Positions 37,811 through 46,838 of a DNA stretch of 64,000 nucleotides are shown here, in pieces; positions within the stretch are counted from its first letter, which is position 1; each line of letters begins with the position of its first letter. Below the pieces are notes generated by a model. It had not been told where the DNA came from, did not search any database, and saw only the letters and a program-made list of their open reading frames with translations. The position numbers and the translations under genes were made by a program. Source of the stretch: a virus (taxonomy: Duplodnaviria; Heunggongvirae; Uroviricota; Caudoviricetes); IMG/VR virus record IMGVR_UViG_3300032103_000073; one strand, given 5' to 3'.

Positions 37811-37850
37811 ACAAAAACAAAAACCCGCATAATGCGGGTTTTTGTTTTAT
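37811..37850. terminator. bidirectional rho-independent terminator
   Basis: A-run, cccgcataatgcggg stem, T-run. Confidence 0.8.
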
Positions 37851-38725
37851 CCATTATAGTTAAACGTCGAACGAACTAAAACACGCTCTCTTAATATATT
37901 AGGGTCGTCTTGATCTCGTTTGTGTATGGTCAAGATTTGATCCATCAGAATAATATCACCGGGCTCCCATGGGTGCGAATAGATAAACTTATCCTGAAGA
38001 CAGTGTTCTTTTAAATCTTCTAACAAGCATGGATCTTGCGGAAATGAGCACTTGTTATGAAAGTGAAAATATAATCCTTTTTTTCCTCTAAAGCTATCGT
38101 TGATCAACGGCATTTGATAAGGAACTTTATTTTTTGCCATAGCGTTATATTGATCTGCTGGTAATCCTTCTGCCCATATTTCGGGAGCATACTCAAAATT
38201 GCCCACTATGCCCTGGCAACGCTCTTTGAGGTCTGCAGGCATAGCTTCGTAAGCTAGTGTAGTATCCATGAAACTAGTGCTGGTCCCCTTAATGCCTTCG
38301 CTTACACCCTGCAAGGCAACACCGTTAGCCCTACCCGGTCCGTTGTAGTTGCTATGCCAGTCTAGTGTGCCGGTTCCGAATATACCACTGCGTTTGCCAT
38401 TTTTTATTTGTCCGGTTACTCGCTGCACAGGATACAGATCATCTATGCCTTCATAATTAAATGGATCGATAACTTCTTTGGCTTTGTTAAACAAGACATT
38501 ACCGTGAATGTCCCACGTGCATTGGTCCCAGTTAGCAACATTGCCTTGACCCATGCGATAAATTAGTTTCATATAAGGAACGGTTAGCCTGGGTTGATTT
38601 TTAAATACAACAACTAAATCGCGCAGCAGTGACTCTTTAATATCTACATAATCTTGTTCTGTTAGTTCTCGTATGTCGCAGTCGGAAATTTCTACGGCAC
38701 AATTGTTTAATGGTGTAATCTTCAT
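37847..38725 (-). CDS. TauD/TfdA-like Fe(II)/alpha-ketoglutarate dioxygenase (putative)
   Basis: WEPGDIILMDQILTIHKR C-terminal motif; 292 aa. Confidence 0.45.
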   Translation of the reverse strand: MKITPLNNCAVEISDCDIRELTEQDYVDIKESLLRDLVVVFKNQPRLTVPYMKLIYRMGQGNVANWDQCTWDIHGNVLFNKAKEVIDPFNYEGIDDLYPVQRVTGQIKNGKRSGIFGTGTLDWHSNYNGPGRANGVALQGVSEGIKGTSTSFMDTTLAYEAMPADLKERCQGIVGNFEYAPEIWAEGLPADQYNAMAKNKVPYQMPLINDSFRGKKGLYFHFHNKCSFPQDPCLLEDLKEHCLQDKFIYSHPWEPGDIILMDQILTIHKRDQDDPNILRERVLVRSTFNYNG

Positions 38726-38779
38726 ATGTTTATTTAATCAATAGAGCCTGTAAGCTAGAAAAGTCTAATAAATATTTGC

Positions 38780-39568
38780 ATGTCATATTCTAAAATCATA
38801 ACAAACAAACTAGCTTCTAATACAGAATTTTTACCTTACATTCAATTGGCAGCAACTGCACTGGTTGCAGCATTTGTTATATTTTATCCCCAGTCTCATG
38901 CAGGATGGCTAACAGCAGTTCTTATGTATGCGGCGATTGGCTGTTTTGGCATTAGCATTGGTTATCATAGACTACTAACGCATAAGAGTTTTAAGACTAC
39001 AAAATTTTGGGAATATTTTTGTGCCTTGTGGGGAACATTGGCATTTACTGGCAGTGCGATAGGTTGGGTAGGCATGCACAGAGACCATCACAAATACAGC
39101 GACAAGCCGGGTGACCCGCATAGTCCAGTAGTTCGCAGCTGGCGCATGCTAGTAGCAGCTTACGATTATGCCCCGGATAAATGGAAGATTCGCCATTTAA
39201 TCTTTGATAAATTTCACGTCTTTATTCACACTTGGTATTTTGGTTTATTGTTAGCATGGACAGCTTTTTGGTTTTCACTTGGTGGAATAGCATTAGCTAT
39301 GTATGTGGTTATTATCCCTGCGGTAATTAGCGTTTGGGTTAGCACTACTAGCAACTATATGAACCACAAATGGGGATATAGGAATTTTGAAACAACAGAT
39401 AACAGCCGCAACCTTTGGTTTAATGCAGTCTTTACATTTGGAGAAGGATGGCATAACAACCATCACGCTCGCCCGGGTAATTATGACTTTGGATCTGGTA
39501 CTAGTGGCAAGTGGTGGGAATTTGATCCCGGTGCTAGAATTATAGAATTGATACGATCTTGCAAATAA
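38780..39568 (+). CDS. membrane fatty-acid desaturase/hydroxylase family protein
   Basis: three His boxes HRLLTH, HRDHH and HNNHH; four TM helices. Confidence 0.7.
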   Translation: MSYSKIITNKLASNTEFLPYIQLAATALVAAFVIFYPQSHAGWLTAVLMYAAIGCFGISIGYHRLLTHKSFKTTKFWEYFCALWGTLAFTGSAIGWVGMHRDHHKYSDKPGDPHSPVVRSWRMLVAAYDYAPDKWKIRHLIFDKFHVFIHTWYFGLLLAWTAFWFSLGGIALAMYVVIIPAVISVWVSTTSNYMNHKWGYRNFETTDNSRNLWFNAVFTFGEGWHNNHHARPGNYDFGSGTSGKWWEFDPGARIIELIRSCK

Positions 39569-40077
39569 TTATAAGTTGCACTTGAATCTAGTAAAATTTG
39601 CAAAAAAGAAAAATCGCTGTCGCTATTATTTACAAACATCCCTTTTAATGAGCGGTCTATAATAAAAGGTAGTGGCTGAAGATTATGTTTCTCTGCTTTA
39701 CTTTTATCGTTATTGGCACTAAAATAATTAACGTCAATAGTTCCCGGCGTTAGTGGGATATATAACTCAACTGAAGTTTTGACATCATTGACATACAAAT
39801 CGATAAATCCTTTGCGCTTTTTCGGGTGCATATTATAAAGCATTATTCTTGAAATATTTAAATTGCAATTACTTATGAAATTAAAAATCTCGTAAGTGTG
39901 TAATCGATCATATTGGATGAATTTATTTTTAATATTTTTTGAATGGGACCCCCAGTCGAATTGACAAGAAGATCGGTCTTTTATGACCTCTATATCCGAT
40001 TGCAGCAATTGATAAAAATCAACCGAAGCTTTATGGTCTTGAAAAAAAGTTATTGACATTATTCTAAAAAATAACAA
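39481..40077 (-). CDS. hypothetical protein
   Basis: minus-strand ORF in the island. Confidence 0.4.
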   Translation of the reverse strand: MLFFRIMSITFFQDHKASVDFYQLLQSDIEVIKDRSSCQFDWGSHSKNIKNKFIQYDRLHTYEIFNFISNCNLNISRIMLYNMHPKKRKGFIDLYVNDVKTSVELYIPLTPGTIDVNYFSANNDKSKAEKHNLQPLPFIIDRSLKGMFVNNSDSDFSFLQILLDSSATYNYLQDRINSIILAPGSNSHHLPLVPDPKS

Positions 40078-41240
40078 TGGCTAGTAGATCGAACTAGGCC
40101 GTATTTTATACCCTTCATGCTTGTCCATTCGGGTCCTGCAATTTGTTGCAATTTTTTAATCCCGTTTGTATATATTCTCCTCTGCTCGCTATGTTCGTCT
40201 TTTAAAAACCAAGCGTCACGAGGACTCCACATTAACAAAAAATCATCTTTACCGCTACTATAAGTGTCAGTATTCCAATCTGGATATACAATACGATGTA
40301 ATCCGTTGTTTGTTAGATAAATGAATGTATTGTTATATTTGGCTTTTCCTAACACATTATATTCCGGCGTTAGCCAACCAGCCTTGACATCGTATTCTGG
40401 CACATTTTTTAAATAGTTCATGACTAAATGGCCCTGCTTACATAGTATGTCACATGCATCTGGACTCCAGTAAAAAAACTCATCATTTTCCCAACTTCTG
40501 TTTAGTTCCTGAGTTAAAGGGTTAACGGCATTATCTACAATGTCTATGAAGTTAATTGCATATTTGTTGTTTATTAAATTAACACGCGGTTTATCAATAC
40601 CCCAAACAAAGCAAACAGATTTTCCTTTCGAGTACAAGTCTAAATAATCTTTTTCTTGTTCCCTGATATATCGTCTTGCTTGTTGATTTGGACTAAAAAC
40701 AGCATTTGATTTATACAAGAAATCAAATTTATTGTTATCTTTTGAAAACAAGTCTTTTTGATAGTCTAAATGATCTACTAACCGGAATTTGGTCAATGGG
40801 CTATGTTCTAGCAATTGTTTTGCTACCGGCATTGCAACTCTACTAACTTCACTATTTAAATAAGTGTCCCAACTTCCATCACCGCCGAAATTATGAAAGG
40901 TTGCAATTTCATCTACAAACAGACCTTGATCAACAAATGCTCGTAGCATTGTATAACTGTCTGCTCCACCGGACCACCAAAGCACTATGTAATCATAACG
41001 TTCTCTAATTTGCCTTGCTCGTTTTTGATAAAGAGTTCTTAAGTCCTCGGTTGGTTCGATTTTCCAATTATATGATGCAAATTCATAGTCATTGAAATTC
41101 CAATGTATCTTGTCTACATTATTTTTTTTAGCTGCTTCTATAGCAGATACTTTGCTATAGAATTTCAAATCATTGACTTGATAAAAGCCAAATTTATCTT
41201 TAGACAAATAAGGCTTTGAAATAAGCGAATCGTAGGTCAT
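40059..41240 (-). CDS. PP-loop (SGGxDS) ATP-pyrophosphatase-like protein
   Basis: IVLWWSGGADSYTML motif; 393 aa. Confidence 0.5.
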   Translation of the reverse strand: MTYDSLISKPYLSKDKFGFYQVNDLKFYSKVSAIEAAKKNNVDKIHWNFNDYEFASYNWKIEPTEDLRTLYQKRARQIRERYDYIVLWWSGGADSYTMLRAFVDQGLFVDEIATFHNFGGDGSWDTYLNSEVSRVAMPVAKQLLEHSPLTKFRLVDHLDYQKDLFSKDNNKFDFLYKSNAVFSPNQQARRYIREQEKDYLDLYSKGKSVCFVWGIDKPRVNLINNKYAINFIDIVDNAVNPLTQELNRSWENDEFFYWSPDACDILCKQGHLVMNYLKNVPEYDVKAGWLTPEYNVLGKAKYNNTFIYLTNNGLHRIVYPDWNTDTYSSGKDDFLLMWSPRDAWFLKDEHSEQRRIYTNGIKKLQQIAGPEWTSMKGIKYGLVRSTSHCYFLE

Positions 41241-41269
41241 AAGTAAGTGTATAATTAACTTTATTTATT

Positions 41270-42196
41270 ATGAACAAAACATTTTTAACACTACTGGGAT
41301 CTCTAATGATTTCCACTTCTCTTTTTGCAAAAGAAAAGATTTCGATTTATTTTCCATATGCAGCCAGCGCAAGTCCGACACCTAGCGTCATACGTATGGT
41401 AGATGAAGCAAATAACTTGCAAGAAAAATATAATTTCCAACTGGTATTTAAACCAGGTGGCAATCAGGGTATTGCAGTGAATTCGATGGATCGAGAACCT
41501 AACAACTCGTTGTCTGTTATTGCGCCTGCTTATGTAGAAAATTACAAAACTAACATGTTTGACAAAAACAATCACGTACCGATATGGTCGATGGGTAATG
41601 CTTGTTGGTTGGTTATTTCTAATTTAGGAGACGAAAAAACAGGATTATCAAGTTTAAAACACGAAAAAGAAATAAATGTCGGCGGGGTCGGCTTTGGTAA
41701 TGCTACACACCTGACTGCACTTGCGTTGGGAGAGAAATATAACATAAAAATAAATTATATTGTTTTCAAATCAAACACAGATGCTCTGATGAATATGGTC
41801 GGAAAAAACGGTATTAACATGGTTATAGATAAAGCAGATAACTATATTAATTTTAAAGAAAAAGGTAATCTTCGTGCATTAGCAGTGAGCTGCAATAAAA
41901 AAATAGGGAAATTGAATTTCGTTAAAACATTAGAAGAACAAAAAATAACAGCGCCTTCAGTTTTTAATATTATTATTGCAAACAAAAATATGCCGATAGA
42001 CTTGCAGCAAGACATCAAGTCTATTTTACAAAAAAGTGCAGAAAACATTGGACAAGATTTTTTCTTAGAACATAGTGGTTTTAGACCTAGTCAATTTGAT
42101 AAAATATCAGAAGACATGTTTTACAACAAATCGTTGCTTTTGTTAGAAGAATTGCTTGCAAAGCATAAATATGCTATAGAACTAAGTAAAAAATAA
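41270..42196 (+). CDS. secreted periplasmic solute-binding-like protein
   Basis: signal peptide plus about 290-aa mature domain. Confidence 0.35.
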   Translation: MNKTFLTLLGSLMISTSLFAKEKISIYFPYAASASPTPSVIRMVDEANNLQEKYNFQLVFKPGGNQGIAVNSMDREPNNSLSVIAPAYVENYKTNMFDKNNHVPIWSMGNACWLVISNLGDEKTGLSSLKHEKEINVGGVGFGNATHLTALALGEKYNIKINYIVFKSNTDALMNMVGKNGINMVIDKADNYINFKEKGNLRALAVSCNKKIGKLNFVKTLEEQKITAPSVFNIIIANKNMPIDLQQDIKSILQKSAENIGQDFFLEHSGFRPSQFDKISEDMFYNKSLLLLEELLAKHKYAIELSKK

Positions 42197-42205
42197 GGAG
42201 ATACT

Positions 42206-42565
42206 ATGTTTACTTTAACGATTACAACAACAAGACCTGATACTTCTGCACCGTTTTTTCCGCATTCGCCGGCTGGGCGTTTATACGAAGAAACTTCGCA
42301 AGAACTAATGTTAGAAAGAAATAGTAGCATGCACAATAAACTCGTAGAGTTTACAAGGGTAGAATCGACTGACCATTTAACATTAATAACGACTCTTGTG
42401 TTTGAAAACGTCGAAGGTAGGAAAATATACGGAGATACGCTACTAAGTAGATTATTAGAAAAAAATCTATTAGCAATAGCATCCGCCAGGGAATTATACA
42501 ATCAAACAGTAAATCACGTCAGTACTGTAGAGGTTAAAAACGAAGGTTCTAATACACCGAATTGA
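42206..42565 (+). CDS. hypothetical protein
   Basis: ORF. Confidence 0.4.
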   Translation: MFTLTITTTRPDTSAPFFPHSPAGRLYEETSQELMLERNSSMHNKLVEFTRVESTDHLTLITTLVFENVEGRKIYGDTLLSRLLEKNLLAIASARELYNQTVNHVSTVEVKNEGSNTPN

Positions 42566-42645
42566 CCCTTATTTGTAAAATAGAGTAAACGACTAAGTCG
42601 TTTACTCAGTAGGCAAGCATAAAATAAAAGATTGCAATGTAGACT

Positions 42646-43389
42646 ATGAGCACACGCTTACCTGTATACGCCCCTTTAAATAATAGATTTACGTTTGATG
42701 CTGCTCGTTTAATTGCAGAAATTAACAGTCTAATTGCAAATCAAGCAGAAGAAAGAACATTACCTTTTGAAAACGGTCGTAGCGTATATGACCCTGCTGG
42801 CCGGCTGCAAATCGCAAGCGATGCCGACTTAAACAACACTACGAAATATGAAATAAACGAACACAGACAACGAGTTAAAATCCCTGGCAAGATTAAAACT
42901 TACCATGTTTTTAACTTAACCTATTTGCCTGAAGAACAAGACAGTCTAATAGATATATATCGAAATAACGATCCTGAGAAAAAGATTTTTTGGCATACTT
43001 ATAAAAAGCCCTTTACGTGGCGTAAAGAATTAGAAAATACTTACATTAAACAGTGCGTGGAACAATTTCCGTGGGAGTATATACAAGGTGTTAGACTAAT
43101 ACATATGTCACCGCCTAGTATTGGACAAATTCATAGAGATAGTCACCCCAGAGATAATCTACGCTATTTTAGAGAAGGTTTTGCCAGTATCAGTTTTAAC
43201 ATAGACTCGGGCAATGGAGTTCTTAAGTATTTAGACGCAGGCGAAGAAAAGCAAGTTAATAATAATGTTAAAATATTTCACTTTGATGACAGTGTTGCCC
43301 ATGGTGTCACTGCAATTTCATCTCCACGCTACCAACTGAGAATGTGGGGGAAATTATCTGTTCCGTATTTGGATTTATTAAATGTTTAA
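42646..43389 (+). CDS. Fe(II)/2OG dioxygenase-like paralog
   Basis: QIHRDSHP ... VAHGVTA (HxD...H). Confidence 0.4.
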   Translation: MSTRLPVYAPLNNRFTFDAARLIAEINSLIANQAEERTLPFENGRSVYDPAGRLQIASDADLNNTTKYEINEHRQRVKIPGKIKTYHVFNLTYLPEEQDSLIDIYRNNDPEKKIFWHTYKKPFTWRKELENTYIKQCVEQFPWEYIQGVRLIHMSPPSIGQIHRDSHPRDNLRYFREGFASISFNIDSGNGVLKYLDAGEEKQVNNNVKIFHFDDSVAHGVTAISSPRYQLRMWGKLSVPYLDLLNV

Positions 43390-43933
43390 AAAACTTGATA
43401 ATTCTTTTTTAAATTTAGAACTAGATTGGAAGTCGTTTATAACAGATGATATATTTACAGAATATTATTCTAAAAAACGCGGCGGCGGTAGCTTCTTTTA
43501 TACCCTGCCTTGTAGTAAGAAAGACTTCTTAAATCTGCAAAAAAAGAATATTTTTACTATCGAACCAACTTTTATCCAGTACTGCGAATTTACCGGTCCC
43601 GGTTTGGTTACTCCGCATATTGACCGAGGGTCAACTGTTGCATTGAACTTTTACCTGGAACCGCAAGGTGATCGCACAATTTTTTATGAAACTACTTTAG
43701 ACTGTGACAGTGGTACCGGGTACCACGGGGATAAATCAAAGTTGTCATATGTAACAGACTTGAGCACCTTAAAAGAAATAGGATCTTTTGTTGCTGCACC
43801 ACTTGACGTTTATTTGCTAGACGTTAACAAATTGCACGGGATAGAAAAAGTAAACGACCTGCCGCGAACAATGATTACCTTCAGGTGGTTTAAACATTCG
43901 TATGAAGAAGTGTTATCAAGCCTGTCCTTATAA
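43382..43933 (+). CDS. Fe(II)/2OG dioxygenase-like paralog
   Basis: TPHIDRGSTVALNFYL ... KLHGIEK (HxD...H). Confidence 0.4.
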   Translation: MFKKLDNSFLNLELDWKSFITDDIFTEYYSKKRGGGSFFYTLPCSKKDFLNLQKKNIFTIEPTFIQYCEFTGPGLVTPHIDRGSTVALNFYLEPQGDRTIFYETTLDCDSGTGYHGDKSKLSYVTDLSTLKEIGSFVAAPLDVYLLDVNKLHGIEKVNDLPRTMITFRWFKHSYEEVLSSLSL

Positions 43934-43938
43934 AATAA

Positions 43939-43967
43939 TTGACACAAAGGCTAAATAGAAGTACAAT
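43939..43967 (+). promoter_or_regulatory. promoter (TTGACA-N17-TACAAT)
   Basis: upstream of tRNA-Thr. Confidence 0.6.
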
Positions 43968-43975
43968 AACAACAT

Positions 43976-44052
43976 TGCTGGATTAGCTCAGTTGGTAGAG
44001 CACTCGCCTTGTAAGCGAAAGGTCGTCAGTTCGAACCCGACATCCAGCACCA
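43976..44052 (+). tRNA. tRNA-Thr (TGT)
   Basis: cloverleaf; loop CTTGTAA; CCA encoded. Confidence 0.8.
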
Positions 44053-44086
44053 AAGTTAAATTTTTTATCTATTTTGCCAAAAGATA

Positions 44087-44115
44087 TTGACACAAGAGAT
44101 AAATAAACTTATAAT
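44087..44115 (+). promoter_or_regulatory. promoter (TTGACA-N17-TATAAT)
   Basis: consensus hexamers. Confidence 0.6.
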
Positions 44116-44164
44116 AGAAGCTTACGTTAACAAAGTTAGCGTAGAAATTTTTAGGAATAACCAA

Positions 44165-44314
44165 ATGCAAACGATTGCGAAACATTTTAGTCAGTTTAGT
44201 TCACAAGCCAAACAGGTGGCAATGCCCACCTATTGGTGTGCTCTAGGCTCTGGCTCTAATGATCGCACACCGGAGATTAGGTCAGGGTTCCATGAAGGAT
44301 CAGGTTACGCATAA
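44165..44314 (+). CDS. hypothetical small protein
   Basis: ATG 44165 after the promoter (track ORF begins at 44087). Confidence 0.35.
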   Translation: MQTIAKHFSQFSSQAKQVAMPTYWCALGSGSNDRTPEIRSGFHEGSGYA

Positions 44315-44337
44315 GTAATCAAAGAATTCAAAAGGAA

Positions 44338-44370
44338 CCCTGGAACTAAAAACTCCAGGGTTTTTGTTTG
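44338..44370 (+). terminator. rho-independent terminator
   Basis: ccctggaactaaaaactccaggg stem plus T-run. Confidence 0.8.
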
Positions 44371-44379
44371 CTGAAAAGG

Positions 44380-44760
44380 AAAAATGATAGACACCGAGAC
44401 AAGAATTAAACAGCAAGCAGAATGGTTGAAGTTGCATACTTTAACTCAGGAGCAAACGAAAGTTTTGATCCAGAACAAGTTAAGGCGTGCAACAGAGATG
44501 CATACTGCTTTAAACAAGCGAGAGGTGCTTTGTAAGCTCCGTTAAAATCGCAAACGTGGGATAGGGAACGCGACCCTGCAGACACGCAAAACACTGCTAG
44601 TAATGTGGGCGGCCTACCCGATGGTAAGTCTATGGTGAGAACGTAGATGTGTAAAACGGTAGAGTATTAAAGTGTATTAGGTCCCACACCAGGCAATTGG
44701 AGCCGAAATGTCGTCTAGTATACTTTAATACACACATTCGAAAGAGTGTGTTAACAAATA
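44380..44760. other. ORF-free structured region (candidate ncRNA)
   Basis: no ORF of 60 aa or more; multiple inverted repeats (e.g. acacacattcgaaagagtgtgt). Confidence 0.35.
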
Positions 44761-44761
44761 T

Positions 44762-44839
44762 GTACGGGTGGCAGAGAGGCCCAATGCAACGGTCTGCAAA
44801 ATCGTAAAACCGTCGGTTCAAATCCGACCCCGTACTCCA
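44762..44839 (+). tRNA. tRNA-Cys (GCA)
   Basis: cloverleaf; loop CTGCAAA. Confidence 0.65.
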
Positions 44840-44845
44840 AATTTA

Positions 44846-44923
44846 GCGTGGTTAGTGTTTAACGGCCTAGCACGACTGGCTTCCACCCAGTAAGAAAGAG
44901 TTCGAATCTCTTACCCCGCACCA
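44846..44923 (+). tRNA. tRNA-Gly (TCC)
   Basis: loop CTTCCAC; one acceptor mismatch. Confidence 0.6.
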
Positions 44924-44928
44924 AATTT

Positions 44929-45004
44929 ATCCTGTTAGTTTATCGGTTTAGAACAGTGGCCTTTCAAGTCGCAGAGACGGGTTCGATTCCCGTACAGGAT
45001 GCCA
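44929..45004 (+). tRNA. tRNA-Glu (TTC)
   Basis: loop CTTTCAA. Confidence 0.7.
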
Positions 45005-45011
45005 AGTTAGT

Positions 45012-45085
45012 AGGGGTATAGTGTAATGGTAGCACAACACACTTTGACTGTGTCGGTCTAGGTTCAAATCCTGGTACCCCCGCCA
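45012..45085 (+). tRNA. tRNA-Gln (TTG)
   Basis: strong similarity to the E. coli tRNA-Gln scaffold; loop CTTTGAC. Confidence 0.75.
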
Positions 45086-45092
45086 ATTTTAT

Positions 45093-45170
45093 CTCTGCGT
45101 AATGTCAATCTGGTAGACGGCCTGATCTGGAGTCAGGAGGCTGTAGGTTCGAATCCTACCGTGGAGACCA
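45093..45170 (+). tRNA. tRNA-Pro (TGG)-like, atypical (C33)
   Basis: anticodon arm CCTGA-TCTGGAG-TCAGG with C at position 33. Confidence 0.5.
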
Positions 45171-45177
45171 ATTTTAT

Positions 45178-45216
45178 ATCTCCGTAGCTCAATCAGGCAG
45201 AACACCGGTTTTGTAT
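45178..45216 (+). pseudogene. truncated tRNA 5' fragment (acceptor, D-arm and anticodon 5' half)
   Basis: ATCTCCGTAGCTCAATCAGGCAGAACACCGGTTTTGTA; no matching 3' half; resembles the 5' half of the tRNA at 49363. Confidence 0.55.
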
Positions 45217-45225
45217 AAATAAGCT

Positions 45226-45855
45226 ATGAACTATATAATTTACAAGACTACAAATCTGCTAAACGGTATGTACTACATTGGTTCTCATCAAACCAATGAC
45301 TTAAATGACGGATACTTAGGTTCGGGTAAACATTTAAAAAGAGCCATTACTAAGTACGGCAGAGAAAATTTTAAATTTGAAATTCTTTACTTTCTTCCCT
45401 CAAAAGAGGAAATGTTTAAAGTAGAACGAGAAATCGTAAATGAATCTTTTGTGCAAGATCCGCTAACGTATAATTTAAAAATCGGTGGTAGCGGAGGGAA
45501 TCCTGGTATTATCGGAGCTTTTTCTGGAAGAAGGCATACCGAAGAAACTAGAGAAAAAATGAGAGTTTCGAGGTCGAAACAAGCGCCCATGTCAGAAACA
45601 AGTAGACAAAAACTTTCAGAAAATAACTGGTCTAAAAGAGATCCCGGCGCGCATAGAGAACACATGCGTAAGATAGCATCTATGCCACGGTCGGAAGAAC
45701 ATAACAAAAAAGTCGCCGAAGCAAACATAGGCAAAACAATAGTTAATAATGGTATTATTGCTAAAAGAATAGATAAGAAAGATTTGAGCTACTATGAAGA
45801 TAGTGTTGGAAAAGAGGCGCAATGCCTCGTAAGAAATAATATGCCCTTAAGATAA
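45226..45855 (+). CDS. GIY-YIG homing endonuclease (Seg-like)
   Basis: IIYKTTNLLNGMYYIGSH...KRAITKYG GIY-YIG module plus basic C-terminal DNA-binding region. Confidence 0.75.
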   Translation: MNYIIYKTTNLLNGMYYIGSHQTNDLNDGYLGSGKHLKRAITKYGRENFKFEILYFLPSKEEMFKVEREIVNESFVQDPLTYNLKIGGSGGNPGIIGAFSGRRHTEETREKMRVSRSKQAPMSETSRQKLSENNWSKRDPGAHREHMRKIASMPRSEEHNKKVAEANIGKTIVNNGIIAKRIDKKDLSYYEDSVGKEAQCLVRNNMPLR

Positions 45856-45915
45856 CGGCAGTCGTCAGGTCTCCAAAACCTTGAAGTCGCGGTTCGAATC
45901 CGTGAGGGTATGCCA
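45841..45915 (+). tRNA. tRNA-Trp (CCA)
   Basis: acceptor ATGCCCT/AGGGTAT; loop CTCCAAA; overlaps the last 15 nt of the endonuclease ORF. Confidence 0.65.
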
Positions 45916-45922
45916 ATTTAAT

Positions 45923-46014
45923 GGAAAGTAATGCAGCGGGGATGGTCCTGCGACTGGCCTTGAAAACCAGGTTCTCAGAAATGGGATGGGGTTCGACTCC
46001 TCTGCTTTCCGCCA
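45923..46014 (+). tRNA. tRNA-Ser (TGA)
   Basis: type II; loop CTTGAAA; resembles E. coli tRNA-Ser. Confidence 0.75.
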
Positions 46015-46184
46015 ATTTTGAGACTGCTCTACGGGCACTGCAATGAACGTAGACAGGTTGTGTGGTGTGTTGGCAGCACAGCGGAAGCGAGTACCTAACA
46101 GAAAAGTTTGCAGACCGAGTAAGTTAGCGAAAGGGGAGCAGGGTTAGGTTCGAATCCTATCACATTTACTCAAATCTAATATAT
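46015..46184 (+). other. unassigned tRNA-like/structured RNA with a T-arm (GGTTCGAATCC)
   Basis: no ORF; T-arm motif at 46143-46159; no consistent acceptor pairing found. Confidence 0.3.
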
Positions 46185-46278
46185 AGTGAGTTGACAGAGT
46201 CTGGCTAATTGTGCCTCCCTGCTAAGGAGTGCGTCCTTGAAAGAGGGCACAAGGGTTCGAATCCCTTGCTCACTGCCA
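46185..46278 (+). tRNA. tRNA-Ser (GCT)
   Basis: type II; loop CTGCTAA; long variable arm. Confidence 0.75.
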
Positions 46279-46310
46279 AGTTGTCGAATGTTAAGATAAA
46301 TAAATTCATG

Positions 46311-46335
46311 CGGCTGTAGCTCAGTTGGTAGATTT
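46311..46335 (+). pseudogene. truncated tRNA 5' fragment (acceptor plus D-arm)
   Basis: GCGGCTGTAGCTCAGTTGGTAGA followed by unrelated sequence and the HNH gene. Confidence 0.5.
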
Positions 46336-46376
46336 ATGCGATAGAGTATAAATACAGTATAGGAGATACTCTACCA

Positions 46377-46763
46377 ATGAAAGCAATTTGCTTACAATGT
46401 AATAAAGATTTTGAATACGGGCATAGTTCCACTGGGAAGTTTTGTAGCAACCAGTGTAGCGGCTTATATAAGAAAACAGAACATAAACAAAAGTTCTTTT
46501 CAGGTTTGTTAAAACGAATTGAACGACCTACAGCAAGGAAATATCTTGCTGAGGAAAGAGGATATAAATGTGAAGTATGTAGCGTAAGTGATTGGCAAGG
46601 CAAGCCAATCACTTTACATGTAGATCATATAAATGGCGATCCGTCAAACGATCACCCAGGTAACTTAAGGTTAATTTGCCCTAACTGCCATAGTCAAACA
46701 GAGTTTTTGGGTGCGGCAAATAAAGGTAGAGGACGCGGTTCATTAGGAATCGCAAAGTATTAA
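46377..46763 (+). CDS. HNH homing endonuclease
   Basis: CxxC ... HVDHINGDPSNDHPGNLRLICPNCH (HNH with zinc ligands). Confidence 0.75.
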   Translation: MKAICLQCNKDFEYGHSSTGKFCSNQCSGLYKKTEHKQKFFSGLLKRIERPTARKYLAEERGYKCEVCSVSDWQGKPITLHVDHINGDPSNDHPGNLRLICPNCHSQTEFLGAANKGRGRGSLGIAKY

Positions 46764-46838
46764 GCAGGATTAATTCAGTGGTAGAATGTCTCGTTGCCAA
46801 CGAGAATGTCGTCGGTTCGAACCCGACATCCTGCTCCA
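46764..46838 (+). tRNA. tRNA-Gly (GCC)
   Basis: loop TTGCCAA; begins one nt after the HNH stop. Confidence 0.8.

Noticed and set aside
45172-46763. Group I introns inside tRNA genes carrying the GIY-YIG and HNH ORFs
   Set aside because: Too little non-coding sequence flanks the ORFs for an intron core. The upstream tRNA pieces have no matching 3' exons, and the downstream tRNAs (Trp, Gly) are complete on their own. Free-standing endonuclease insertions with target-site partial duplication fit better.
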